From: an uncultured Bacteroidota bacterium
Lineage (GTDB): Bacteria; Bacteroidota; Bacteroidia; Bacteroidales; WCHB1-69
DNA length: 64,000 bases
Direction of reading: 5' to 3'
NCBI GenBank assembly: GCA_902802755.1
Contig: CADCNH010000010.1
Coordinates: 41,300 to 105,299 of the forward strand
Of the stretch, positions 39,501-49,600 are shown in pieces. Under the pieces are notes generated by a model that had not been told where the DNA came from, searched no databases, and saw nothing but the letters and a program-made list of their open reading frames with translations. The position numbers were made by a program, and so were the translations under genes. Within the stretch, counting starts at the first letter, position 1. Each line of letters opens with the position of its first letter.

Positions 39501-40357
39501 TTAAACAGCCCTAGAAAAAAATAATTACCATTGTAGGCAACGATAGGTTTGAACAAAATAGGGTTCTCGTCATCAATATTCGTTAAAAGTTTTGGGTCGT
39601 TGTTATCAATGACAAACGAATCCAGCACACGCTTTTTGATGCCGAAACGCCCGAGAAGCCCTGCCATCATTTCGTCAGAAACAGCAAATGATTGTTTTGA
39701 TTTTGAATCAACAAGTTTTTCGTGTTGTTGCTCATTGCCTCTGATCCGCCCATGTATGCCGGCACGGTCAGCCAGCATGTTCCCCAATTCAAGAATCAAA
39801 GTTACACCCTGATATACATCCCTCTGAAAATCGACTGGGAAAATGTCATTCCGATAAAAGACGGTCTCCGACATAGCACGAAACAATTCCGCCACATGCG
39901 TTGATATGCCCGGGAAGAAAACGTAGTTGCCACCATAAAACACAACTTGTTCGGTGTACATATTGATGGGCAAATCCTCCATCACGTCCATTGGATACTC
40001 TTCGTCAACGAGCGACTTGAAGACATTAAGATTGGGAGCCGCCTGACTTTTCCCTAATGACGCCACGGTCAATTGTGAAAGATGCTCAATACGAAGATTC
40101 TTGCCATGGTTTTGAGGATTTAGCTGCAAGGCAATCAGGTAATCCATTATAGGAGTGACATCATATTTTTTGAGAAAAGTTTTGATTTTCGGAGCATTAT
40201 GTCCTGAAAATTTGGGTAACATGTCGATCAACTTGGTTGAACCAATCTCTGACCGATCCAACTGCAAACAACAATGCTTATATTTCTTACCACTACCACA
40301 AGAACATGGGTCGTTTCTTCCAATCTTCTTTGGCATATGCTTGCATCTATCAATCAT
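36521..40357 (-). CDS. 1278-aa protein: N-terminal SEC-C zinc motif, long uncharacterised body, C-terminal PD-(D/E)xK-like nuclease motif
   Basis: GRNDPCSCGSGKKYKHCC at 40262-40320. C-terminal GHTFNEEVRSFL ... YGDIDVLAYY ... ILYSIECKNT at about 36845-36990. I found no Walker A (GxxxxGK[ST]) anywhere. AT-rich. Confidence 0.75.
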   Translation of the reverse strand: MIDRCKHMPKKIGRNDPCSCGSGKKYKHCCLQLDRSEIGSTKLIDMLPKFSGHNAPKIKTFLKKYDVTPIMDYLIALQLNPQNHGKNLRIEHLSQLTVASLGKSQAAPNLNVFKSLVDEEYPMDVMEDLPINMYTEQVVFYGGNYVFFPGISTHVAELFRAMSETVFYRNDIFPVDFQRDVYQGVTLILELGNMLADRAGIHGRIRGNEQQHEKLVDSKSKQSFAVSDEMMAGLLGRFGIKKRVLDSFVIDNNDPKLLTNIDDENPILFKPIVAYNGNYFFLGLFNQGCAINNFILKTAVKYSCLQELVQHTQHTVWMRIGSSCINSMRWCTSDYNDLLSSNSRCSEELFQIDNNWLAYVCYTKDDETNVSIDGKNNQTQWSIETHLRETLSKLRLDPRTKDNHVLTLVLYSTMGESFSVDIGKQPDTNYLLRFPAFDFLQLIQTEKWDNMSLVRYARTKELQQYLGSPFNEEIDLYSLYKHYGESFYVTDKTSPNFIYVQPNDGFHLIFESKEKLNFHGVLLSLDSDYAYIPVQRHTDYRNIYKPLDKSIVAECCESYPVPVWSRCSQIEGKGVNPFSIIETIITAIVFWMDELSSLLKGLVKQHYTKTVEIDLQLSEDVLSDKGQYTEIKPTKGAGSLTVTKNDKGVMVSLDRDFIQSFMVPDNGSERKMMLAIVKELFGLDYSTATAIIDERIPFGQTKMILMTEVSNNPMESPLWLYPPIYIHQATNQLLLDLFPRWMADKGFVITKLEDKQQKVEFLHSGVDVLLEKLEEGLADFDTKALLETLLNNHETLIHIREHNKVIHPAQIICFGDTPEKRKKFLADENRLTETSLATRVLIEYLAATQSQTGMKQHGGDDVEYLLAIASDVVRIGGICDAIHLEVADHNIELLPSARYEINDEDFNDSLGGFASARSEESVNYQIEVFAKTMERLTSQKPRKVVEKDKEQIKIDEAFEADWGVTYSDILQLLYACYVIAMNHQVSVISIMEDDLVTEVKTIYPEMTVESIKNCISRLSLDKRKNYLTPPSGLNGKDIFPWIYNRELSYLRRPIVRHQTPNGQVLCMFGFRSCIAAGFQLTDLLYSGRLRNGGRELEKVLSQFQTKKGHTFNEEVRSFLSQLSGLTVWPYDVSIKTNGNLNVTTKNTDYGDIDVLAYYPAKNILYSIECKNTTTAKNVREMKKEMDDYLGRGEGTEKDKALVLKHLRRHKWILENLEQVKKFIGISKNPVVKSMMLTATVIPTSYLKKSETPLSILNYPELKLKGLNYLDSCKEPIIN

Positions 40358-40410
40358 ACTTCCATATCATCTATAAGTTCCAAATTATTTTTATACTCTG
40401 TTTCTCTTTG

Positions 40411-40656
40411 TCATGGCCAGAGGCATGGACAAACTGATTTATATGCAAAAACCATGCCACTTCCCACTGTCAAATAATCATTTTCAACATCTGTTAATTT
40501 ACTCAAGCACAAACAATTCCGTTTTATTCTATACAACAAGTCACGAAACACGTTTTTTTGTAATTCTGTAAATCTTGATGAATCGTTAATCATATTACCA
40601 CAATCACATATTGATTGTATTGTTTTTCGGTATTTGTTATCGTTTTTCTTATTCAT
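40411..40656 (-). CDS. Small CxC-rich hypothetical protein (81 aa from MNKKNDN)
   Basis: Three CxC motifs (CDCG, CLCL, CPCL). 53 bp upstream of the 1278-aa gene on the same strand. The start was chosen downstream of a TATTTTTG box; the track ORF extends to 40743. Confidence 0.4.
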   Translation of the reverse strand: MNKKNDNKYRKTIQSICDCGNMINDSSRFTELQKNVFRDLLYRIKRNCLCLSKLTDVENDYLTVGSGMVFAYKSVCPCLWP

Positions 40657-40668
40657 AAGATATTTGGC

Positions 40669-40676
40669 TATTTTTC
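40669..40676 (-). promoter_or_regulatory. -7 box TATTTTTG, with TTTG upstream
   Basis: The minus strand reads ggaagTTTGgaaaatttgTATTTTTGccgaaaaatagcc...ATG. The leader would be very short. Confidence 0.35.
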
Positions 40677-40726
40677 GGCAAAAATACAAATTTTCCAAAC
40701 TTCCATAAAACAAAAGGAAAAGGGCA

Positions 40727-40846
40727 TCACGCTCCCTTTTCAATCACCGCAATCTCCTCCTCCGTCAACCCGTACAACTCGTACACCAACCCGTCAATTT
40801 TCAGTTCCAAAGCAGACGTGTCTGCAGAAATGTCTTGCTTTTTCAG
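40727..40846 (-). pseudogene. Fossil C-terminal tail of a type IIG R-M / BREX PglX-like methyltransferase
   Basis: The minus-strand frame gives LKKQDISADTSALELKIDGLVYELYGLTEEEIAVIEKGA*. The motif (V/I)YELYGLTEEEI..(I/V)E is the characteristic end of Eco57I/PglX-type enzymes. Only about 39 codons remain, after an in-frame stop. Confidence 0.5.
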
Positions 40847-40955
40847 TTAAAGAATAGTTTTAACAAAAGATAACATTCCGGTTTTACAATGATAACCCAC
40901 CTCCATTTAATCGTTAATAATATATCAATAACCTATTTAGCCTTACTTACTCTAT

Positions 40956-43730
40956 TTACAACACCGTTATACTTCCCGTTAACTGATATGGAACACCCCG
41001 GCTATCGGTAAAATTAATCAAATAAGTATAGATAACATTTTGATTGATTCGACCATGATACTCGCCATACCATTTGAAATCCTTGTCATTTGAATAGTAT
41101 ACCAACTCTCCCCAACGACTATAGATGCGGATTTCGAATTCTTCTATCATTGCTTTGTACTTGTCGTGGAGTCCAAAATAATCATTCAAACCGTCTTCAT
41201 TTCCCGGTGTAATGGTGTTTGGTAGATAAATATTTAACTCACAAGTTTCTATTTGATACCATGCAGATACTGAGCAATTCCCTTGAGCAGCTGTTACAGT
41301 ATAAATGCCAGGTTGAGTTACAATGATAGTTTGTGAAGTTTCCCCTGTACTCCACATATAATTCATTATATTAGTCTCTACAGATAATTCTGCATAATAC
41401 TCTTCACAAAAATCCGAAGTCAAGGAGTTGATTGCTATTGAAGTATCCACTATGGTGAGATGAAGGGTCACAATACTATCACACTCGCTTTGGCTTTGCA
41501 AATTTTGAGTCATGTTCAAGTTTGTCACACCAGCTGTTTGAGTAGAAGGAATATTGAATCCGTGATTGTTATATGCAAAGCCTTCGCAAATAATGTCCTC
41601 AAAACTAATCTCGTACACTGGGTTTATCGTTAAGTGCAAAGTATCCGCACTGGCACAACCATTAGTATTAGTGTATTCAAAAATGTAAATACCAGAAGTA
41701 GAGTATGTTTCACCATTACCATCTATCCAAGTATAACTTTCGCAAACAGAGGTATCAAGAATATTGTGTGTGCCATGGTAAATAGCAAGGTGTAAGGTCA
41801 TAATACTGTCTGCCCCATTAATATCTTGGAATCTTTGGACATAATCACCGCTTGTTGTATATGTGCTATCATTCCATGTATATGAATCGCAAGATACGAC
41901 CGAAAATTCGCCTGAGAAGGAATAGTGAATAGTCAAATGCAGAGTATCTGCCTGGTTACACCCATTAGCATCTGTATGATTGTATATATAATTGCCTGAT
42001 TGGTTGTATGTCTCGCCATGCCATATATAAGTATCATATGCGGATACCGTCTCGCTTTCGTGCAGAGGAATGTTTACTGTCAGATGTAAAGTGTCTGTGG
42101 ATACGCATCCGCCAACATTATTGTAGTTATAAGTATATGTACCCGAGGATGTGTAAGTTACACCATGCCATGTATAACTCTCACAAACAGTTGTGTCAAA
42201 TACATTGGAAGTATTATAACGAACAATCAAGTGCAGAGTGTCAGTACTTGGGCAACCATTTACATTGTTATAGTTATGTGTAAATGTACCCGAGGTGGTG
42301 TATATTACATCATGCCACTCATAACTATCACAAACAGTTGTGTCAAACGAATTGTGAGTATTAGAACGAACTATCAAATGTAGGGTATCAGCACTTGGGC
42401 AACCGTCAGCATTAATGTAGTCATAGGTATATGTACTCGTAACATTATATGTTTCGCCCATCCATTCGTAATATTCACAAACAGTTGTGTCAAACACATT
42501 GTATGTGCTATAACGAACCGTCAAATGTAGCGATACCACACTATCGCAACCAGCATCATTTGTAAAGGTATGCCTAAATGTGCCACTTCCACTGATATTG
42601 TTGTATTCATACCAACTGAAACTATTACAAACTGTTGCTATAGTGTCACTTGTATTGTCATGATTTACTGTCAAATGTAGTGTTACCACGCTGTCACAAC
42701 CATTACGTTTGTTGAAATACTGAGTGTAATCACCACTTTCATAGTATGTGACACCGTTCCATTCATAACTATTACAAACTTCTTGTGATAGCCCCATTGA
42801 GTCTGTAGGAGATATGTATAATTGAAGGGTAAGAGAAGAGATGCATTCATCAGTAGTAAGCATTCGACTTCGGGTAAGTGTACCCAATATTCTGGTTTCC
42901 ATCTCTGAAAGACTAAAGCCATTGGCTTCATAATTAGTTCCTTGACAAACCGTATCGTATATTGTTTGCGAAGTGCCCGTCCCTACAATAATAGTCTGTT
43001 CTGCAGTATTACTGCATCCATAGTCAGTAGTTGCAGTTACGGTATATGTGGTAGTTTGTGTAGGTGAAACATTAATGTATGGGTATGTACTGCCCGTGTT
43101 CCAAAGATAAGTTAATGATGTATCATACCCCATTCTTGCAGTTGTAAAACTATGTACTGCACGGACATGACAAATAGAAGTTTTGGAAGTGTTGTTAAAA
43201 GAACCTCCAGAATAGTCATTTATTCCAAAATCTATCCTCCAGCTATTTGTTTCCGAGAATTCTGCACTACACCAATACCAGTCATTCGACATAGAAGTTC
43301 CACCTGCATTGATAATTGAAGTAGAAATAAAAGGCAATTGACCATATAGCATTCTGAGTTGAGCCGGAGAAGGTAATACCCAACCATTTTCAAAATCCAC
43401 AACACCTGCAGCATAACCAGTGTTAACATTCTGATACATACGAATGATTTGCGTATTAGTATAACCTGCTGTATCTGTTAATAAATCCTGATAATAAAAC
43501 GGATTTAAATTAATTAATGCTGGCACATCAGTAGTTGTTCCCCAAGCACATCCCGTGGATGCATCTGTCAAAGCTACAACCCATCCAACACCATTGGAAT
43601 TGATATAATATATTATACCGCTACTACCATTGGGTAATGTATAAATATCTCCAATTCGGTATGACTGTGCCATCAATGTCATCACCCAACTAAAAAACAT
43701 CAGAAAAAATAATAATATTTTCTTGTTCAT
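40956..43730 (-). CDS. Secreted surface protein: N-terminal DUF1566-like domain, about 9 Cys-containing tandem repeats, T9SS type-B C-terminal sorting domain
   Basis: 924 aa with a signal peptide. GYTNTQII..GWVLPSPAQLRMLY..YWCSAE..CHVRAVHSF (DUF1566 pattern). Repeats C(N/D/E)SY(E/T)W.G.TY..SG.Y......GC.S..TLHL.V. C-terminal LPNTITPGNEDGLNDYF...ITVL is a gliding-motility-associated CTD. Confidence 0.8.
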   Translation of the reverse strand: MNKKILLFFLMFFSWVMTLMAQSYRIGDIYTLPNGSSGIIYYINSNGVGWVVALTDASTGCAWGTTTDVPALINLNPFYYQDLLTDTAGYTNTQIIRMYQNVNTGYAAGVVDFENGWVLPSPAQLRMLYGQLPFISTSIINAGGTSMSNDWYWCSAEFSETNSWRIDFGINDYSGGSFNNTSKTSICHVRAVHSFTTARMGYDTSLTYLWNTGSTYPYINVSPTQTTTYTVTATTDYGCSNTAEQTIIVGTGTSQTIYDTVCQGTNYEANGFSLSEMETRILGTLTRSRMLTTDECISSLTLQLYISPTDSMGLSQEVCNSYEWNGVTYYESGDYTQYFNKRNGCDSVVTLHLTVNHDNTSDTIATVCNSFSWYEYNNISGSGTFRHTFTNDAGCDSVVSLHLTVRYSTYNVFDTTVCEYYEWMGETYNVTSTYTYDYINADGCPSADTLHLIVRSNTHNSFDTTVCDSYEWHDVIYTTSGTFTHNYNNVNGCPSTDTLHLIVRYNTSNVFDTTVCESYTWHGVTYTSSGTYTYNYNNVGGCVSTDTLHLTVNIPLHESETVSAYDTYIWHGETYNQSGNYIYNHTDANGCNQADTLHLTIHYSFSGEFSVVSCDSYTWNDSTYTTSGDYVQRFQDINGADSIMTLHLAIYHGTHNILDTSVCESYTWIDGNGETYSTSGIYIFEYTNTNGCASADTLHLTINPVYEISFEDIICEGFAYNNHGFNIPSTQTAGVTNLNMTQNLQSQSECDSIVTLHLTIVDTSIAINSLTSDFCEEYYAELSVETNIMNYMWSTGETSQTIIVTQPGIYTVTAAQGNCSVSAWYQIETCELNIYLPNTITPGNEDGLNDYFGLHDKYKAMIEEFEIRIYSRWGELVYYSNDKDFKWYGEYHGRINQNVIYTYLINFTDSRGVPYQLTGSITVL
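41450..42780 (-). repeat. Coding tandem repeats (about 150 bp / about 50 aa, roughly nine copies)
   Basis: Successive units begin CNSYEWNG, CNSFSWYE, CEYYEWMG, CDSYEWHD, CESYTWHG, YDTYIWHG, CDSYTWND, CESYTWID, CEGFAYNN. Each ends with (T/S)LHL(T/I/A)(V/I). Confidence 0.8.
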
Positions 43731-43821
43731 ATTATGAGAAGAAAAATCTTATTTTATATAACACATATCCCCGTTTAATATTTATAACAGCTCATTTTTG
43801 TCTATTATCTGTCAATTATCG

Positions 43822-46116
43822 TTAAAAAGAGAAAACACTTCGCACCCTAAAACGACTCCTCTTACTACTGAAAGCCACTTCTCCCGTATTTGTCACAACC
43901 CATGCATTGGAAGCCCCATGTTCTGTAGAAGACCAATAAATCCATGCTTGACCCATAGGAAATGGCGTTCCTCCAACATTTTCCATGGAAGCGTTGATAG
44001 TTGTTAATTCTGCAAAAAGCAGGCTCAGTTGTCCAACTGTTGGCAAATACCAACCATTAACAAAATCTATCGCCTGTACAACTGGACAATCATGTGAATA
44101 ATACATCCACTGCGTGTTTGTGTAACCATTCAAATCAGTAATAGCATCACGAGCGTTTGTAAAATTAGGTATAGTTGAAAAATCATTATTGTAATAACCT
44201 GATGATGTCCAAAATACATTTATTCCTTGGTCTTGTAAATGCACCGCCCATCCGTGCAACTCAGTATTGTCCACATAGAACACTATACCTTTGGCGATTT
44301 TACCTGGCACAGGCCAAGCAGTGGGTTTAACGATGCTACTATCTGTACAAAGGATATCACCAATAGCAACAGTGGGAGCTATACCATCCTGTGAGAAGCC
44401 AGAACTAGTGCCTAGAGCAAATATTGTAGAACGCTGCCCTATACAAATCTCAACTGGCTGCGCCAATGCAGTAAGCGAAGGTGTACTCGTTACCAACAAC
44501 TGCAAGATACGCACACTATCACAACCTTGGCTTGTTATATAACTATTGATAAACCTGAACCAGCCAATGCTGTCTTGTCTTGCCAAATTAAAACCATAAC
44601 GGTGATATGTATTACCCTCACACAAAGTATCCTGAAAAAAATAATGGTATGTTGGTGAATGGATTACCTCTATCGGGATACTACCACTACCACAACCATT
44701 AGTTCCTGTTAGAAAAATCTGAGCAGGATTAGGAGCATCATTAGTGAAATATAAGTTAACTGCGGCAGTGCCTTGTCCTGTCAGAATATTTACACCCACA
44801 GGCACATTCCAATAGAGAGTGGCTAACCCTTCAGCTTGTAATAGAACATACTGAAACGCTTCGTTGTCGCACACCATAGTTGGTCCGCTTATACTATTAC
44901 TCAATATAAAAGAGGGATTAACTGTCAAGTGCAATATCGTAAGCTGATCGCAACCTGAAGGAAGAACCATCACCAATGTGTCTGTATAATTCCCCGTTTG
45001 TAGATTTGTATAGTGAAAACCATAGGCATTATAATCATCACCTTGGCAGGCTGCGTCATAGAGATGATGATATCGGGGCAAAATAGTTAGATGGAGTGTT
45101 GTCGTCATCTCTCCACCGGTACAATTTCCGCTATTAAAAAATGTGTTTCGATAGGTATGGGTACCTGTATTATATTGTGCAGGTAAATCAAAAAAATGGT
45201 CATTATATATGTCGCCCTCACATATCGTATCATATATAGTTGTACTGACAATAGGAATTGTGGAATCTGCCATAAAAATACCGCTAAGGGTAAACTGACA
45301 ACCTGTGACAGATGTTATCAAACAGTTCGCATTTGTTGTACCCTCCCCAGCTATATAGGTAGAGCTAATCAATGTATCACCATTATCCCAAGTATAACTT
45401 TCAAAATTAGCAGGGGCAGTCAAAGTAAACTCATCACCCTCGCAACCATCTAATGTCAAGCGATTATTGATACATGAAGCGGTATAATAAGCATAACCAA
45501 AATGCCCATGTCTTGAACAATCATAATTTACAAATTGAACAAAAACATACTGCCCAGCATAGTCAGAGAGATCAATGCCAACTTTTGTCCAAGGGCGCCA
45601 TTGTATCCAACCAGATGCATATGATTGAAAACCTGGAATATCACCTGCCGCAGTCACATCATATTCGGCACAACTATCCACCAACTGTCCTATACTATTA
45701 AGCACTCTCACCACAAAACGAGGTTGATCAGGTACTGGATGACGGGGATCCTCAAACACTACCGCAAATTTCAACAGCAATATAGCACGATCAGGATCTA
45801 CTATAAACTTGTAGGTAATTGCTTCCGCCTCAGCACCAACTTGTTCATTGCCGAGCTTTACAACGGCATTCTCTCCTGGTGGTAAAAAAGGCAACTGATG
45901 CCCCGTGTTTGGATCAGTCCCTTGTTGGGTAATCACAGTATGCCGTCCTACAACAACACCCGTATACTGCATTGGATTCTGGGTATTACCATATTGACAG
46001 GTTACATTTGAATCACTTAAATTAGTAAAATCGGGACACTGAGCATGTATCAGTAGTAAAGTACTACTTAAATACAATAATAAAAGCAAAATCCAACTTT
46101 TCATCCCTGTATACAT
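43822..46116 (-). CDS. Secreted surface protein with the same Cys-repeat type and a C-terminal DUF1566-like domain
   Basis: 764 aa with a signal peptide. Repeats ...C.G..Y..(Y/H)GF......G.Y......GCD...L.LTV. C-terminal GIVFYVDNTELHGWAV..GYTNTQWM..GWYLPTVGQLSLLF..YWSSTE..RVRSVFSF. Confidence 0.75.
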   Translation of the reverse strand: MYTGMKSWILLLLLYLSSTLLLIHAQCPDFTNLSDSNVTCQYGNTQNPMQYTGVVVGRHTVITQQGTDPNTGHQLPFLPPGENAVVKLGNEQVGAEAEAITYKFIVDPDRAILLLKFAVVFEDPRHPVPDQPRFVVRVLNSIGQLVDSCAEYDVTAAGDIPGFQSYASGWIQWRPWTKVGIDLSDYAGQYVFVQFVNYDCSRHGHFGYAYYTASCINNRLTLDGCEGDEFTLTAPANFESYTWDNGDTLISSTYIAGEGTTNANCLITSVTGCQFTLSGIFMADSTIPIVSTTIYDTICEGDIYNDHFFDLPAQYNTGTHTYRNTFFNSGNCTGGEMTTTLHLTILPRYHHLYDAACQGDDYNAYGFHYTNLQTGNYTDTLVMVLPSGCDQLTILHLTVNPSFILSNSISGPTMVCDNEAFQYVLLQAEGLATLYWNVPVGVNILTGQGTAAVNLYFTNDAPNPAQIFLTGTNGCGSGSIPIEVIHSPTYHYFFQDTLCEGNTYHRYGFNLARQDSIGWFRFINSYITSQGCDSVRILQLLVTSTPSLTALAQPVEICIGQRSTIFALGTSSGFSQDGIAPTVAIGDILCTDSSIVKPTAWPVPGKIAKGIVFYVDNTELHGWAVHLQDQGINVFWTSSGYYNNDFSTIPNFTNARDAITDLNGYTNTQWMYYSHDCPVVQAIDFVNGWYLPTVGQLSLLFAELTTINASMENVGGTPFPMGQAWIYWSSTEHGASNAWVVTNTGEVAFSSKRSRFRVRSVFSF

Positions 46117-46678
46117 TAAAATGTATTATTTAATATTTTTGCCATAATATTTACGTTTTTTTTTGCATTTTGTTTTTCTAAAAAGAAGCATAAAAAATCC
46201 GTGAAACTTTCTGTCTGATTGGAGGCTCTGGACTGCCTATATCCCAAAACGAGAAAGCCCACGGATTTACCGTGAGCATTTCTGCCTTCTCGTTGGGATT
46301 TGAAATTGTCCAGATTTCCAATCACTTGAACAGCAAAAACGCTTTATACTATATGTTTATCTTTTTATTCTATTCTTCTATTGTTATGATATTAATTTTT
46401 TGTTTTTGTTTCTGTTTTATTTTATGGTGCAAAGATAGGAATTATTTTCGAATTGACCGCAAAAAGAACGAAGTTTGTAGTGCTCCGCCACATAAGTACA
46501 GCTTTATTTATCCATTTTTATAAGAATCGTAATGCTTTTTCTAATATTTCTTTTTCCATAGGTGCTTTATAATATGTTTTTTTTCTATTTTGTTGGTTTG
46601 ATATATTGTATGTTTAATTATTGTTTATGTACGTATAAGATATAGATAATGAGGAACGTAGAGAATATTTCCAAGAGA

Positions 46679-49600
46679 TTATTGTTGTTTTTTCACTTCC
46701 TTATCATGGATTTTCCGAAGATTCTCAAGTACTTCCAAAATTGGTGCCGTGTTTTTTTCACTTTCAGGAATTAGGGGGTCATCATCCCATTCTAACGCAT
46801 TGACTGCCATACTGGAATCTGTAATGCGCCAAGCATCAATAATGACTATTGATGTGACTTCAATAGCTTCTTCAAAGTCATCGGGCACCTGAATTTGGTT
46901 GTTGTTATCTATAGCAAGAGCCATCAGTTTGCATTTGCCAAAGTGTGGTAGAAACTTTTCTAATGCATCAAGACTATATGTATTGTTGGGAGTCATTGTA
47001 TGCTTACGACACATCACTATAAAATACCGTCCCATCTTTAAGTCAGCGTCAGGAATATTTGGAGAAAGGCACACTCGATACCATGAAGGGTGATTTTTAT
47101 CGATTCCTTTTATCAAATACACTTCAACTCCAGGTTTTCCTACCGCTATGTTATCTTTCCATTCCTTAACAATTTTTTTGCCTTCTGAGATGTTCTCATA
47201 AAGTAGAGCCAATAGAGGAGGCTCTTGCATGCTCTGATCTATAATAAATCCCATTCCTTTCCAAATTGCATCATCCCACCACTGCATGTTTGTTGAAACA
47301 TTGTAAATAGACATTTTCTGCTGTGATGATGTGTATTGCTGGGTCTTCACCATCCACTTTTCCATATCTTTAGCAAGACATGTATAGATTTTGTCTTCTT
47401 CTTTCTGCCATTGGCTAATGGAATACTTGAATTTGTTACCTAATACCAAGTAGACCGACTCATTTAATTGCATTAATGAGGATACCCTGTCAATTATTTT
47501 CTCTTTGTCCTGTTTCTTTTTTATCAATGTTTCCAAATTGTAGTTTGAAACCGTATTGTAGGACATAAAATGACTTATGAAATAAGAGAAACATCGCCAA
47601 TAGTCCTTGTTCAAAGAATCATGATTGATACTGAAAATGTATTCCGTGTTAGAAGATCTTCTAATTTGTGAAGTTTTATCATTAGTCTCTTTTATCGTAA
47701 TTCTAATCTCTGGATTTACAATTACTAATTCAAAATCTATAAAAGTAGCAAGCAACGTTTCAACCGAAGCCAAGAATGTCTCTGCCACCAACTGATTCTT
47801 TACAGAGTTTTCGTATGTAACATAAAACCGACAATTATGCACCATTGTATTTAGGGCAACCTCTCCATCTGTTGCTAAATTAAGAGCACTTAAGAATTGC
47901 TCATGAATAGGTTGATTTTGTAGTAATAATGTCCAGTCATCTTTTATCATTTCAGAAAACCTTTCATTTACCTCTTCTTTGTATCCAAGAACATATTTAA
48001 GATAATTGGCACATAACGGCATATCAAATCTTTCAAAGATGTCGGGAAGTATTGAGATTTCCGACTTGGTAAAATCAGCAGCTGCTAAATGGCAACACCA
48101 GCCTCCTTCCTCCATAGTGTCACGTTCTATAAATTCTTCTGTTTCATATTCTTGTCTATTATTGGCAATGACATATAGTAATTCTCTCCAATTAAGATAC
48201 ATGACAAGCCGCCCAAGTATCAATTCTATTCCACAAAGTTGAGAAATGACTCGCATAAGGAGTTGTGGTATTGTGCCCTGAGAATAAAACTCTCTCATCA
48301 AGAATGATGCAGACTTAACAAGATATGCTTCTGCACTATATGGAAGATCCAAATGACTCAGTGCTATTCCCATAAGCCCACATGTCTTTATGTATTCATC
48401 CTCATACCCTTCTTTTAGGAATGCTTGTACGCAATATCCCAAATGCTTTATGGCTGGAAGATGACACATCTTTTCCATCAACGCTTGAGCACGACTGAAA
48501 TGAATCAATGCACCTTGAACATCAGATTCTCTTGCCGATGAAATTTCAGCCACTTTATCGACCAGTTTTTCAAACTGTTCATTGTTTGTGATAACACGCC
48601 CCATCATGTCAATGATTCTGGATTGGGCATCAAAGCTGATGTCTACGTAGTTCACACTTTTTTCAAGCAATTCTGTAAGTGCTCTGATTTCATCTGACAA
48701 ATCTTTTTCAGCATAGATAAGTTGGAATAGTCTGTGTTCTGAAATATAAATATCTATAAATAGTTGACAGGGCTGTGATAAATCCGAACGCTCTCTTATA
48801 GACTTAATGAATTCTACCTCTATAATGAATTTTTCTTGGTCAAAAAGTCCAATCTGTGTAACATTCTCAATATTGGTCAAAATATTGGTCAACAACTCTA
48901 TTGTATGCACAGATGTATGTACAGACGCATAATCCTTCATTTTCAGATAGTCTTCATAAGTTGCATTTATGTCATTGAACCAAAAGAAAGTTGTCCATGC
49001 ATGATTATATATTATGTTGAATGTTTGAATAGGGGTGCCGTGTACTTTGGCTTCTCTCAACGCACGGTCAAACCGACCTTCTGTTTCTACTCTTGGCTTT
49101 CCTAATCCCCTGCTAAGCAAACAGGTCTCCAATAAATCATCAATATACTGTGTGTTAAGGCCCTCTATTGAACGAGTAAGAAAACCGTCTTCTAAATCTT
49201 TCAAATCCTTCGACCTTTGTTTGTCATTTGGACCAATAATAACTGTTTTCTTGCGATATTCGTCAGAGAAGTTCATTTTGTCTACTGCCAAGTCCAAACA
49301 CCCTTGTTCAAATACAGCAAAAGAGAACCAATTACCATCAAAGATACTAACCGGAATAGAATATTGCTTGGTAAGTTTGTCCTCAACTTCACAGCGTTTA
49401 CTTGATTTTATTTTTTGATTTGAGAAAAACAAGATTTTGGTATATCCTCGTTCCGTCCCAACTATTTTTTTCGTGTCATTTGTTACTTTTTTCTCCCATG
49501 TCTTCTGTACACTGATTGCAATTGCCCATTTTTGATCGCCAGTGCATCCATCAGACACCCACCACTTATCAGATATGGATTTATCTACAGGATATGTCTC

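Noticed and set aside
46116-46523. Small ORFs 46116-46325 (-) and 46272-46523 (+) in the AT-rich leader upstream of the 764-aa surface-protein gene
   Set aside because: They have no promoter or start context, AT-rich low-complexity translations, and they overlap each other. I treat the region as an untranslated leader or intergenic region.
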